From NCBI GenBank assembly GCA_002420005.1, contig DIHE01000052.1, forward strand, positions 855 to 64,854: 64,000 nucleotides of DNA, read 5' to 3'. Origin of the DNA: Holophagales bacterium UBA5704 (lineage in GTDB: Bacteria; Acidobacteriota; Thermoanaerobaculia; Multivoradales; UBA5704). Each line of letters starts with the position of its first letter. Position 1 is the first letter of the stretch. The position numbers and the translations under genes are program-made. The notes under the pieces were generated by a model. It saw nothing but the letters and a program-made list of their open reading frames with translations. It ran no database searches and was not told the origin of the DNA. Of the stretch, positions 1 to 9,008 are shown one piece after another.

Positions 1-1229
1 ATGGCTCGCTCGCCATGACCGGCAAAGGGCATGGCACCGACCGCGCGGTGCTGATCGGGCTCGAAGGCGAGACCCCCGAGGGCGTCGATCCCGGGTGGAT
101 GCCGCGGCGGGTGGCCGAGATCCGCGCCACCGGCCGCATCGCGCTTCTCGGCCGGCGGGAGATCCCGTTCGACGAAAAGCCCGACCTCGTGTTCAACCGC
201 AAGGAGATCCTGCCGCTCCACTCGAACGGCCTGCGCTTCGCCGCGTTCGACGACGCGGGGCAGAGGCTCGACGAGCGGACGTTCTACTCGGTCGGCGGCG
301 GCTTCGTGGTCGACGAGAGCACGGCGGGGGAGGACCGGCTGGTCGAGGACCGCACCGAGCATCCCCACCCGTTCACCACCGGGCAGGCCCTGCTCGACCT
401 CGGCAACGCCACCGGCTTCCCGATCTGGCGGCTGATGCTGGAGAACGAGAAGGTCTGGCGCACGGAGGAGGAGATCCGCGCCGGCCTGCTGCGCATCTGG
501 GCGGCCATGCAGGCGTGCGTGGACCGCGGGTGCCGCGAGGAGGGCGTGCTGCCCGGAGGCCTCAAGGTGCCGCGCCGCGCACCGCAGCTTTTCCAGGAGC
601 TGCGCGATCGCCCCGAGGAGGCGATGAAGGACCCGCTGACCGTCCTCGACTGGGTCAACCTCTTCGCGCTCGCGGTCAATGAGGAGAACGCCGCCGGGGG
701 CCGGGTGGTCACCGCGCCCACCAACGGCGCCGCCGGGATCATTCCGGCCGTCTTGCACTATTATCGGAGGTTCACGGCCGGTGCCGATGACGAGGGAGTG
801 CTTCGCTTCCTCCTGACGGCCGGCGGAATCGGTATCCTGTATAAAGAGAACGCCTCCATCTCCGGCGCCGAGGTCGGCTGCCAGGGGGAGGTGGGGGTCG
901 CCTGCTCGATGGCCGCGGCCGGCCTGGTGGCGGCGCTCGGCGGCAGCAACGAGCAGGTGGAGAACGCCGCCGAGATCGGCATGGAGCACAATCTGGGACT
1001 GACCTGTGACCCCGTGGGGGGGCTGGTCCAGATCCCCTGTATCGAGCGCAACGCCATGGGGTCGGTGAAGGCGATCAACGCCGCCCGCCTGGCGCGTCGT
1101 GGCGACGGTTTCCACGTGGTCTCGTTGGACCGCGTGATCAAGACCATGCGGGAGACCGGCGCCGACATGAAGTCCAAATACAAGGAGACCTCGCGCGGAG
1201 GTCTCGCGATCAACGTGATCGAGTGTTGA
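1..1229 (+). CDS. sdaA: L-serine ammonia-lyase (Fe-S dependent L-serine dehydratase, single-chain form); 5' end lies outside the window
   Basis: The reading frame is open from the window start (track ORF 15..1229). [27 protein letters not shown] and [20 protein letters not shown] match the Fe-S serine dehydratase family. By comparison with E. coli SdaA, roughly 50-60 N-terminal residues are missing. Confidence 0.85.
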   Translation, partial: GSLAMTGKGHGTDRAVLIGLEGETPEGVDPGWMPRRVAEIRATGRIALLGRREIPFDEKPDLVFNRKEILPLHSNGLRFAAFDDAGQRLDERTFYSVGGGFVVDESTAGEDRLVEDRTEHPHPFTTGQALLDLGNATGFPIWRLMLENEKVWRTEEEIRAGLLRIWAAMQACVDRGCREEGVLPGGLKVPRRAPQLFQELRDRPEEAMKDPLTVLDWVNLFALAVNEENAAGGRVVTAPTNGAAGIIPAVLHYYRRFTAGADDEGVLRFLLTAGGIGILYKENASISGAEVGCQGEVGVACSMAAAGLVAALGGSNEQVENAAEIGMEHNLGLTCDPVGGLVQIPCIERNAMGSVKAINAARLARRGDGFHVVSLDRVIKTMRETGADMKSKYKETSRGGLAINVIEC

Positions 1230-1246
1230 CCGAGAGGAGTCACCCT

Positions 1247-1783
1247 ATGCTCGCCAGCGACAAGCTCATCGAGGCCTTCAACCAGCAGATCGGCAACGAG
1301 ATGGGCGCTTCCATGCAGTACATCGCCATCGCGTCCTACTTCGACTCCGAGACCCTGCCGCAGCTCGCCGCCTTCTTCTACCGGCAGTCCGAGGAGGAGA
1401 GGACCCACGCGATGCGTTTCGTCAAGTTCATCAACGACGTCGGAGGCCGGGTGAAGATCCCCGCCCTTCCCGCGCCGCAGAGCGACTTCGCCTCCGCCGA
1501 GGAGGCTGTCGGCAAGGCCCTCGAATGGGAAGAGGAGGTCACCCGCCAGATCTACGACCTGGTGGAGATCGCCCGCGGCGACCGCAGCTACGTCGGCGTC
1601 CGCTTCCTCGACTGGTTCGTCGAAGAGCAGCTCGAAGAGGTCTCCTCGATGAGCGACCTCCTCGCCGTCATCCGCCGCGCCGGCCAGGACCGGCTGCTCT
1701 ATGTCGAGGAATACCTCTCGCGCCAGGGCAAGGCCGGCCTCGCCAGCCCCGCGGCTCCGGCGGGGGGGGAGGCGGCGGAGTAG
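1247..1783 (+). CDS. ftnA: Ferritin (bacterial non-haem ferritin)
   Basis: Track ORF 1223..1783. ATG at 1247 is preceded by GAGAGGAG 7 nt upstream. Ferroxidase-centre residues occur in ferritin spacing (NEMGAS, EEERTHAMRF, LEWEEEV, FVEEQLEE). Confidence 0.85.
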   Translation: MLASDKLIEAFNQQIGNEMGASMQYIAIASYFDSETLPQLAAFFYRQSEEERTHAMRFVKFINDVGGRVKIPALPAPQSDFASAEEAVGKALEWEEEVTRQIYDLVEIARGDRSYVGVRFLDWFVEEQLEEVSSMSDLLAVIRRAGQDRLLYVEEYLSRQGKAGLASPAAPAGGEAAE

Positions 1784-1895
1784 GCCCGGGCCGGAGCAAA
1801 CCGGCGGCAATCTCGTTCCAGATGTATCCTTTTCGGCCGGTTGCGGCACCTTGGCATTGTGGGCCTGAACGGATGCCCCTTCAGAGGAGGATATT

Positions 1896-3137
1896 ATGGA
1901 CGAAAAAGTGCACCGGTTTCGAAACAATGACAAAGCCATCGCCTTGGGCAATCCGGCCTGGGACGAGGCGCAGGCCCACCACCTGATCGACCTGCGGGTG
2001 CGGGTGGTGGGCAACGACCGGTTGCAGGAGGTGGACACGGGCTTCCCGTTCGTCAACCTGTCGTCCTGCTCGTATCTGGGATTGCACAACCATCCGGCGA
2101 TCCTCGAAGGCGCGATCAACGGCCTGCGCGACGCCCAGGTCCTTTGGGTGCCGGTGTCGCGCATCCGGATGCGGCTCGCGATCATGGACCAGGTGGAGGA
2201 GGGGCTGTCCGAGATCTTCCGCGCCCACTGCATCGCGACGACCACCGCCAGCGCGGCGACGGCCGGCGTGCTGCCGCTGATCGCCTCGCGGCACCTGCTG
2301 GACGGCAAGGCGCCGGTGATGGTGTTCGACCGCCTGTGCCACTTCTCGATGAACCTGATCAAGCCGATCTGCGCCGACGAGACCACGGTGCTCACCTCGC
2401 CGCACAACGACCTCAACTACATTGAGGATGCGTGCAAGAAATACCCGCGGGTGGCCTACGTCGCCGACGGCGCCTATTCGCTGGGCGGCACGGCTCCGGT
2501 GGAGGGGCTGCTGGAGCTGCAGGACCGCTACGGCCTGTTCCTGTTCTTCGACGACTCCCATTCGCTGTCGGTCACCGGGGCGATGGGGGAGGGCTATGCG
2601 CGCTCGCTGATGCCGGACCAGCTCAACCCGCTGACCACGATCGTGGCGTCCCTCGGCAAGGCGTTCGGTGGGAGCGGCGGGGTGATCATGCTGCCCTCGG
2701 CGAAGCACCACGACCTGACCGTCCGCTTCGGCGGGCCGCTCGCCTGGTCGCAATGGCCGAACAGCGCCGGCCTGGGTGCGGCGCTCGCCTCGATCGAGAT
2801 TCACAAGTCGCCGCTTCTCCGGGAGCTGCAGGGCAAGCTGCGGGAGAACCTCGCCTATTTCGACAGCCGCATCCAGACGGCGGAGCGGGGGGACAACTCG
2901 TCGATCCGTCTGGTGGTCATCGGCGACGAGATGCTGACCTCGGAGATCTCCGGTGAGATCTTCCGCCGCGGCTTCTACACCTCGCCGGTGTTCTTCCCGG
3001 TCGCCGAGAAGGGCAAGGCGGGTTTGCGGGTGATGATCCGGGCCGACAACAACCTGGAGGATCTGGCCACCTTCTGCGACGCCGTCGAGGGGCTGACCGC
3101 CGCCCGGTGCAAGGACGCCGAGGTGGCGGTCGCCTGA
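1896..3137 (+). CDS. PLP-dependent alpha-oxoamine synthase family protein (BioF / serine-palmitoyltransferase-like); substrate unassigned
   Basis: ATG 1896 follows AGAGGAGGA. Motifs SCSYLGL and DDSHSLSVTG are present, with the PLP-lysine context SLGKAFGGSGG, typical of class-II aminotransferase / AONS enzymes. Confidence 0.7.
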   Translation: MDEKVHRFRNNDKAIALGNPAWDEAQAHHLIDLRVRVVGNDRLQEVDTGFPFVNLSSCSYLGLHNHPAILEGAINGLRDAQVLWVPVSRIRMRLAIMDQVEEGLSEIFRAHCIATTTASAATAGVLPLIASRHLLDGKAPVMVFDRLCHFSMNLIKPICADETTVLTSPHNDLNYIEDACKKYPRVAYVADGAYSLGGTAPVEGLLELQDRYGLFLFFDDSHSLSVTGAMGEGYARSLMPDQLNPLTTIVASLGKAFGGSGGVIMLPSAKHHDLTVRFGGPLAWSQWPNSAGLGAALASIEIHKSPLLRELQGKLRENLAYFDSRIQTAERGDNSSIRLVVIGDEMLTSEISGEIFRRGFYTSPVFFPVAEKGKAGLRVMIRADNNLEDLATFCDAVEGLTAARCKDAEVAVA

Positions 3138-3190
3138 GACGTCCCATCACCTGCTATACTGCCCGGTGTTCGAGACTTGGGGATTTCCGT

Positions 3191-5026
3191 ATGCGAGCTC
3201 TGACCCTCTGGAGCGCCGGGCTCCTTCTGACCGTCCTCACCGGGTGCGCGGGCACACCTGCGCCCCGGGTCAAGATCAGCTACACCGACATCGCGCCGGC
3301 CCCGTCCCCACCCCCTCCCGCGGCCGCCGAGGCACCCTCGCCCGAGCCGGCTCCCGCCGAAGCCTCCCTGGGGGCGCCGATCACCACCAAGCAGGCCCTG
3401 GAGCAGGCCCTGAGCTGGGCTGCCGACGGCCTGCGTGCGTTCGAGCGGGGTGAGGCGGAGGCGGCACACAAGAATCTCTCCGATGCGCGCATCATCCTCA
3501 TCGAGGCCGACCTGCCGGATTTCCTGGAAAACCAGGGCCTGGGCGCGCTGCGGGCGGGCCTGCCGGAGGAGCTGCAGCGTTATGACGCCGAGGCGATTCT
3601 GCGCGACCTCGAGCGGACGGACCTGCCGGACCCGGCGGCGCAGGCCGAGCGCGCGTTCATCGAGCGCGAGGTGCGTCGCATCCTGTGGCAGTTCGGCGAC
3701 ACCACGCCGGACGAGCCCTACGTCCGGGTGCTGATCGACGAGACCCAGCACCACGTCAACTTTTTCCGCGGGCGCTACCGCGAGTTCTTCGAACGGGCCT
3801 TCCTGCGCAAGCACAAATACTGGCCGATCGTGCAGGAGGTCTTCACGGAGAAGAAGATCCCTCCGGACCTGGGCTATATCGCGCTGGTCGAGAGCGGCTT
3901 CAACCCGAGGGCGTCGAGCCGGGCGAACGCGAACGGCGTGTGGCAGTTCATCCCCGAGACCGGCCGCCGCTATGGATTGCAGGGCCCCGACGACTGGAGC
4001 GACGTGCGCAAGTCCACGGTGGCGGCGGCCGACTATCTGCTCGACCTGATCAGCATCTTCGGTTCGCGCTCGTTCCTGCTCGCCACCGCCGCCTACAACG
4101 CGGGCGAAGGACGGATCATGGGCTGCCTGCGCAAGGTCGACGATCCCTTCCAGAAGCGCAGTTTCTGGGAGATCCGGGGCTGCCTGGCCCTGGAGACCCA
4201 GGAGTACGTGCCGCGGGTGATGGCGGCGGCGGTGATCGGTGCCGATCCGCAGCGGTTCGGGTTCGACCTGCCGACCGAGGAGGAGATGCGGCAGCGCTAC
4301 GACGTGGTCGTCGTGCCGCAGGTGACTCCGGTGGCGCGGCTGGCGGAGCTGGCCGGGGTGAGCGTCGCGGACCTGCGGCTGGCCAACACCGAGCTGACCG
4401 CCTCCTCGACACCGGGCCGCAACTTCCCGCTCTACGTGCCGGTGGGAACGAGGGACCAGCTCGCCGCCGCCCTCACCGCGCCGCCGGAGGGCCGGCTCCC
4501 CGAGGTGCCGGCGGCTGCGCCGATCGAGCTGGCGGGGCAGGCGAGGGACGAGCGGCCGGCTCCCCGCACCCATGTCGTCCGCCGCGGCGACACCCTGGGG
4601 GAGATCGCCGCCAAGTACGGCCTCGACGTGAAGACGCTCGCCGCCTGGAACAGCCTGCGCAAGCCCTACACCCTGAGCGTCGGCCAGCGCCTGGAGGTCC
4701 CTTCCGGCGGCGCGGCGCCGCGGCTCGTCTACACGGTGAAGAAAGGCAACGACCTCGCCGCCGTGGCCGACCTCTTCGGCGTCCGCGGCAGCGACATCAA
4801 GAGCTGGAACGACCTGCGCAGCAGCAAGCTCAAGGCGGGCCAGAAGCTCACCATCCATCCCTCCGGCGCCGTGGAGACCCACACCTACAAGGTGCGCCGG
4901 GGAGACAACCTGAGCCAGATCGCCGAGCGCTTCGGCGTCACCATCGCCAGCCTGATGACCGCCAACGGCCTGCGGTCGAGCGCGCTGCGCGCCGGGCAGA
5001 TGCTGGTCGTGTACGTCGGGGGGTAG
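3191..5026 (+). CDS. Lipoprotein lytic murein transglycosylase with SLT domain and three C-terminal LysM repeats (MltD-like)
   Basis: Track ORF 3107..5026. ATG 3191 gives MRALTLWSAGLLLTVLTGC, a signal peptide with lipobox LTGC. The SLT catalytic region is ALVESGFNPRASSRANANGVWQF. Three LysM repeats are present (HVVRRGDTLGEIAAKYG, YTVKKGNDLAAVADLFG, YKVRRGDNLSQIAERFG). Confidence 0.85.
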   Translation: MRALTLWSAGLLLTVLTGCAGTPAPRVKISYTDIAPAPSPPPPAAAEAPSPEPAPAEASLGAPITTKQALEQALSWAADGLRAFERGEAEAAHKNLSDARIILIEADLPDFLENQGLGALRAGLPEELQRYDAEAILRDLERTDLPDPAAQAERAFIEREVRRILWQFGDTTPDEPYVRVLIDETQHHVNFFRGRYREFFERAFLRKHKYWPIVQEVFTEKKIPPDLGYIALVESGFNPRASSRANANGVWQFIPETGRRYGLQGPDDWSDVRKSTVAAADYLLDLISIFGSRSFLLATAAYNAGEGRIMGCLRKVDDPFQKRSFWEIRGCLALETQEYVPRVMAAAVIGADPQRFGFDLPTEEEMRQRYDVVVVPQVTPVARLAELAGVSVADLRLANTELTASSTPGRNFPLYVPVGTRDQLAAALTAPPEGRLPEVPAAAPIELAGQARDERPAPRTHVVRRGDTLGEIAAKYGLDVKTLAAWNSLRKPYTLSVGQRLEVPSGGAAPRLVYTVKKGNDLAAVADLFGVRGSDIKSWNDLRSSKLKAGQKLTIHPSGAVETHTYKVRRGDNLSQIAERFGVTIASLMTANGLRSSALRAGQMLVVYVGG

Positions 5027-5030
5027 CTCG

Positions 5031-5426
5031 ATGCCGTATCAGAAGTACGCCGTGGTCCTCTCCAAGCTGGACCTCCGGGTGAAGGCGTTGTCGGCCAACA
5101 TTGGGGAGTTTCCTCATCTCGCGAAGCCACTGGCACAGTTGGGCGAGATGCTGGAGCTTCTGCGGGAGCGCATGGCCGAGCAGGCGCGCCTGACCGCCCA
5201 GCGCCAGGAGGTCTCGAAGCAGGTCGCAGAGCTGAGCAGTCAGGCGCAGAAGCTGATGACCTTTCTGGATGCCGGCGTCCGGCAGCACTATGGAAACCGG
5301 TCGGAGATGCTCCTTGCCTACGGCCTGCAACCGTTCCGCAGCAAGCCGCGCGTGCGGATGGTCGACGCGGACGGCCATCCGGTGAAGCGAACCGGCGACG
5401 ACGCCACCCCGCAAGAGCCGGAGTAG
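5031..5426 (+). CDS. Hypothetical helical protein (131 aa)
   Basis: The ORF starts 4 nt after the mltD-like stop. It has coding-like composition and a predicted coiled-coil-like sequence. I recognise no motif. Confidence 0.5.
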   Translation: MPYQKYAVVLSKLDLRVKALSANIGEFPHLAKPLAQLGEMLELLRERMAEQARLTAQRQEVSKQVAELSSQAQKLMTFLDAGVRQHYGNRSEMLLAYGLQPFRSKPRVRMVDADGHPVKRTGDDATPQEPE

Positions 5427-5450
5427 CGCGGGGCCGCGGCTCGCGCCTCC

Positions 5451-5905
5451 GTGAGAGGAGTCGGTCCCTCGCAGACTTCAGTCGATGCCTCACCGACGCA
5501 AGGCGGCCTCGTACCGACACCGGTCGGTGTCAATCCGACTCAGGTCGCCTTCTCATCGACGACGGTAGGTGCGAAGCCGACATCGGTAGGTCACATACAG
5601 CCGCAAGTCGGCAAGCCACCGACTTGCGTCGCGTCCTCATCAACTTGCGTCGGTTGGCTGACGACTTCAGTCGGGCAGTTTCAGGCGGAAGTCGGTTTAA
5701 GGCCGACTCTTGTCGGTGCCTCACCGACTCAAGTCGGCGATCGACAGACTGAAGTCGAAGAAGAGCCGACTCCAGTTGTCAAGTCACCGACTTGAGTCGG
5801 TGGTCGTACGACCTACGTCGGTTTTGAACAGACCAGGGTCGGTCTCTTGCAGACTTGCGTCGGATCGGCGGCGGCGGCCGTCGGTACCCGGCCGACCGGA
5901 TGGCC
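5451..5905. repeat. Tandem array of about 22 units of 21 bp, each with a 14-bp dyad (consensus CCGACTnnAGTCGG) and a 7-bp variable linker
   Basis: Unit starts fall at 5451+21k with no indel across the array. Examples: 5514 ccgacaccggtcgg, 5703 ccgactcttgtcgg, 5724 ccgactcaagtcgg, 5787 ccgacttgagtcgg, 5850 cagacttgcgtcgg. The right arm GTCGG is kept in about 16 of 22 units. No single reading frame spans the array. Confidence 0.9.
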
Positions 5906-5951
5906 CATCACGCTCGTGGATCTCGCGTAGACAAGTGAGCCGTGTGAGCTC

Positions 5952-5980
5952 TTGACGAGCCTTGGGGCCAACCCTAGACT
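5952..5980 (+). promoter_or_regulatory. Candidate sigma70-type promoter of the plus-strand operon (TTGACG - 17 bp - TAGACT)
   Basis: TTGACG at 5952-5957, a 17-nt spacer, then TAGACT at 5975-5980, in a locally AT-richer stretch just downstream of the repeat array. Pattern match only. Confidence 0.3.
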
Positions 5981-7739
5981 AAGAATTCTGCCAGGGTTTA
6001 CAGCATGCGGGGCAGTCGGCTCAGGAGTGCTTCTTGTAGGCTCTCAAGGGAGATTGAATTTGCCGGACAGCGATGACCTCAGCCATCACGAAACGCAGAC
6101 CGCGTTGCCGGGCCCCCTTCTCGTAACCGGATTCTGGGACAAGGTGGGGACCTGGGCTTTGCCGGCGTCCTCGCTCTCCCTGGCCTCGGCCTTCGTCCTG
6201 GTGGTGACGATTCTGTTCCTGGTCCGCAACCGGGAAATGCGCTCCCTTTTCCTGCTCTCCTGGAAGAGCGGTCTCGTCATCGCGGTCGTGGCGGCGGCTA
6301 TCGCCTGGTCCATCGTGATCCTGTGCGGCCGGCGTCCTGGACGCCTCTGGCCCCGGGTGTGGGCGCTCATCGTGGCCGGTCTGTGCACCGCCTCGGTGAT
6401 CCTCGTGCCGCTTTTCCCCGAGGCCACCTGGGTCAGTGCCTTGACCGTCGCCGGCGCTGCCGCAGCCGTGACCCTGGGTTCGCGCCTCGTGCGGCTGCCG
6501 CCGGACAGCGGGATGATCCCGAAGATCGCACCTCTGACAGCCCTCCTGGTTCTTGCGGGTGTCCTTCCCGCGGTTGCGTGGCTGGGCGACTCCATCGTGG
6601 CCGGCAAGAGGGAACGGGTCGCCGCCATGATCGAGCAGGTCCGGCGGTGGACCACCGAGGTCGCGGCGGTGGCAGGCCGCGACTGGACCGGCGGCGGGTG
6701 GGAGGACGCCAACCGTGCCGCCGCGTCGCTCGCGCAGATTCAGCCGGCCGCCAAGCTCGACCTCTCTCTCTGGCGCGAGGCCTTCTACCTGGAAAGGGAC
6801 CAAGAGCTCGCCCAGGAGGTGGGAAAGCTTCTGCAGGCGACCGCCCAGGGATTCGACGAGGACCGGGTGCCCCGGGTCTCGCGCCTGCGCGATCCCGCCT
6901 TCTATTTCGACCCGGTGGCGAAGCGCTGGGAAGAGAGCGCGGTCTTTCCCGAGGCGAGCGAGACGGTCGGCCGCTACTTCCAGGAGATGGGGCGCATCTT
7001 TCAGGAGCTGGACCTCCAGGTGGGCCTCGCCGAGAGCACGGCTCTAGCGGAGCTGAAGAAGAGCTATCTGGAGGAGAGCCGGCCGGGCGTGGTGAAACAA
7101 CTGAGCGGGCAGATGCAGGAATGGACGGACCATTGGGCCGTCTTCCGTGTCCCCGGGCACGACACTCTGCTCGGCTTCTCGGAGATGCCCCTCGGCAAGC
7201 TGCTGAAAAGCCCGATTCCGACCCTGGGCATCCCTGCGTCGGATCTCCCGGTTCTTCTGAGCCTCTCGTTTCAGCGTGTCCGCAGTTTCAAGCTCATCCC
7301 CGGCTGCCGGCCCCTGGCGCCCTACACGGAGACGAAGGATGGGTCGTCGCGCCAGTACTCGCGGCTCGATTGTTTCTCCTATGGACCCCGGACGGACACC
7401 TTGGGGGCCTGGCCGCGGATCGAGATGCGGCTGGTCTATGCATCGCAGGCGAACAGAGGTCTCCTGAGCGACCAGAAGCCGTCCGAGATCTACTTCCTTT
7501 TCCCTCTACCGGAAGGCCGGGTGGAGAATGAGTTTCAGAAGCAGGTGATGTCGGATCTCGCGGAGGCGGTTCGCGAGACCACGGAGCGGGAGGTGGCGCC
7601 GATCGACCGGAGCGGCTCGACCGAGAACGGCTTCCGTGTTCGCGGCGAGGGCTTGACGATCACCGTCTACAAGCCCTCTTTCGAGCCGCTGTACGAGAAG
7701 CGCAAGGCCCTGGTGGTCCGGGCGGAGAGGAAAGGATGA
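5952..7739 (+). CDS. Hypothetical polytopic membrane protein (about 6 N-terminal TM helices plus about 370-aa soluble domain); first gene of the plus-strand operon
   Basis: Track ORF 5952..7739. The TTG at 5952 coincides with the putative -35 box, so the true start is probably later, e.g. TTG 6060 preceded by AAGGGAGA. Hydrophobic segments include SLASAFVLVVTILFLV, GLVIAVVAAAIAWSIVIL, WALIVAGLCTASVILVPLF and LTALLVLAGVLPAVAWL. The stop overlaps the next gene's ATG (ATGA at 7736). Confidence 0.6.
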   Translation: MTSLGANPRLRILPGFTACGAVGSGVLLVGSQGRLNLPDSDDLSHHETQTALPGPLLVTGFWDKVGTWALPASSLSLASAFVLVVTILFLVRNREMRSLFLLSWKSGLVIAVVAAAIAWSIVILCGRRPGRLWPRVWALIVAGLCTASVILVPLFPEATWVSALTVAGAAAAVTLGSRLVRLPPDSGMIPKIAPLTALLVLAGVLPAVAWLGDSIVAGKRERVAAMIEQVRRWTTEVAAVAGRDWTGGGWEDANRAAASLAQIQPAAKLDLSLWREAFYLERDQELAQEVGKLLQATAQGFDEDRVPRVSRLRDPAFYFDPVAKRWEESAVFPEASETVGRYFQEMGRIFQELDLQVGLAESTALAELKKSYLEESRPGVVKQLSGQMQEWTDHWAVFRVPGHDTLLGFSEMPLGKLLKSPIPTLGIPASDLPVLLSLSFQRVRSFKLIPGCRPLAPYTETKDGSSRQYSRLDCFSYGPRTDTLGAWPRIEMRLVYASQANRGLLSDQKPSEIYFLFPLPEGRVENEFQKQVMSDLAEAVRETTEREVAPIDRSGSTENGFRVRGEGLTITVYKPSFEPLYEKRKALVVRAERKG

Positions 7740-8989
7740 GCGAGCAGGAGACGGGCAGGTCCGATTATGTAGACGACGAGGACGAGGGCGAGAGCCCGCT
7801 CTTGTCGTCGGTGCCGGAGGAGCCCTCTTCCAAGTGGGGGGATCGCCCGATTCCGCTCCCTCCGTCATCGCTGCCGCCGGTCGAGCCGGAGGAGGAGAGG
7901 GACCAAACAGGTCCGTCTTCCTCTCAGGAGCCTCCCCGAGCCGGGTCTGCCGCTCCCGCTGCCCGGCCGGGGCCTGCGGACGCGCTCGTGGAAGAGACCG
8001 AAGAGGGAGCTCCCTTCAACCTGCCGGGGGTGGAGAAGCTGGGGATCATCGGCGGCAAGGGGGTGGGGAAGAGCTTTCTCTTCCAGGCCATGGTCTTCCG
8101 TGCCTATTCGAAAAGCCAGGCGGGCGCGATGAGCCTCTTTCTCGAGAAGGTCCGGCTCTTTCATGCCCTGCAGAGGTCGGATAAAGCGCGCCCGCTCAGC
8201 CTCGGCGAGTTCGGAAAACGATACATGACCTGGGGGCGCCTGCCGCAGACCCTCCTGTCGAATCAGGCCTGGTACCGCCTCCGTCTGCACTGCCGAACCG
8301 GGCTTTTGCGCGAGAAGGAGTCAACCCTGGATGTCGAGTTTTTCGACGGCTCCGGGGAAGGGTTTTTCGAGGCCGCCAGGAGGCGCGGGATCAGCGAGAT
8401 CTGGCGGGACGGGTATCTGGACGCCAAGGTGATGGTCTTCTGCCTGCCCCTCTGGGTGGCCTTCCCGGGGAGCCGGATGACCACGGCGGATCGGCGGGAG
8501 CGCAACGTGGTTCTCGAGGGATTCGAAAGGGTCGTCCAGAACTACGAAGCCCTGCGGAGTGAGGGGGGGCGCGAGAACCAGCGGGTCAAGAGCATTCTGG
8601 CCCTCACCATGGCGGACGATCCCCGCACTGCCCTCGGCACGTTGTATGAAAAGTGGATTTCCCCCTATCTGGCCTCGCCGCACTCGTATCTGCCCCATCT
8701 GCAGAAAGAATCGGGGGTCGCCCGCTACCTGGCGAATGCGCGCCAGGTGTCGGAAGCCCTGCACCGGGAGCTGGCCGCGAGCCGCGACCCGCGTGTCAGC
8801 TCGATCTCCCAGACGCTGGACTATCGCGGTGGCAGGCCCTGGCTGATCCCTCTCAGCGCCGTCGAAGGAACCCGCCTCGACCGGATCGAGCGCGAGAAGC
8901 AGACCGGCGAGCGCCTCGCTCCGGTACCGGTCCATGCCGAGCTCCCTCTGCTCGTGGCTCTCTGCGAGCGGTACAATGCCCTGATGTGA
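7736..8989 (+). CDS. P-loop GTPase-like protein with acidic/Pro-rich N-terminal tail
   Basis: G1 is GIIGGKGVGKS, G3 is FFDGSGEG (DxxG), a G4-like motif is LTMADD, and a G5-like motif is LSAVEG. The first roughly 100 aa are low-complexity (DDEDEGE, PPVEPEEE). ATGA overlap with the upstream gene. Confidence 0.7.
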   Translation: MSEQETGRSDYVDDEDEGESPLLSSVPEEPSSKWGDRPIPLPPSSLPPVEPEEERDQTGPSSSQEPPRAGSAAPAARPGPADALVEETEEGAPFNLPGVEKLGIIGGKGVGKSFLFQAMVFRAYSKSQAGAMSLFLEKVRLFHALQRSDKARPLSLGEFGKRYMTWGRLPQTLLSNQAWYRLRLHCRTGLLREKESTLDVEFFDGSGEGFFEAARRRGISEIWRDGYLDAKVMVFCLPLWVAFPGSRMTTADRRERNVVLEGFERVVQNYEALRSEGGRENQRVKSILALTMADDPRTALGTLYEKWISPYLASPHSYLPHLQKESGVARYLANARQVSEALHRELAASRDPRVSSISQTLDYRGGRPWLIPLSAVEGTRLDRIEREKQTGERLAPVPVHAELPLLVALCERYNALM

Positions 8990-9008
8990 CGGCCAAGGGA
9001 GATCACTC

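Noticed and set aside
761-4882. Minus-strand ORFs 761..2416, 1881..2804 and 2975..4882, opposite the serine dehydratase, ferritin, AONS-like and transglycosylase genes
   Set aside because: These are also high-GC shadow ORFs. The plus-strand genes have clear family motifs and ribosome-binding sites, and the minus-strand translations are low-complexity.
5451-5905. Possible CRISPR array
   Set aside because: The period is only 21 bp, with 14-bp dyads and 7-bp linkers. There are no spacer-length unique segments, no leader/cas context, and the units are degenerate rather than identical.
5451-5955. ORFs 5451..5795 (+), 5710..5955 (+) and 5530..5724 (-), which would encode PTxVGxx-type heptad-repeat peptides
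   Set aside because: The ORFs exist only because the 21-bp palindromic units lack stop codons. No single frame covers the whole array: the 5451 frame terminates at a TGA inside the best-conserved unit, and the repeats continue. Both strands are equally open, and the conservation pattern (dyad kept, linker free) fits DNA/RNA-level selection. Coding is not formally excluded.
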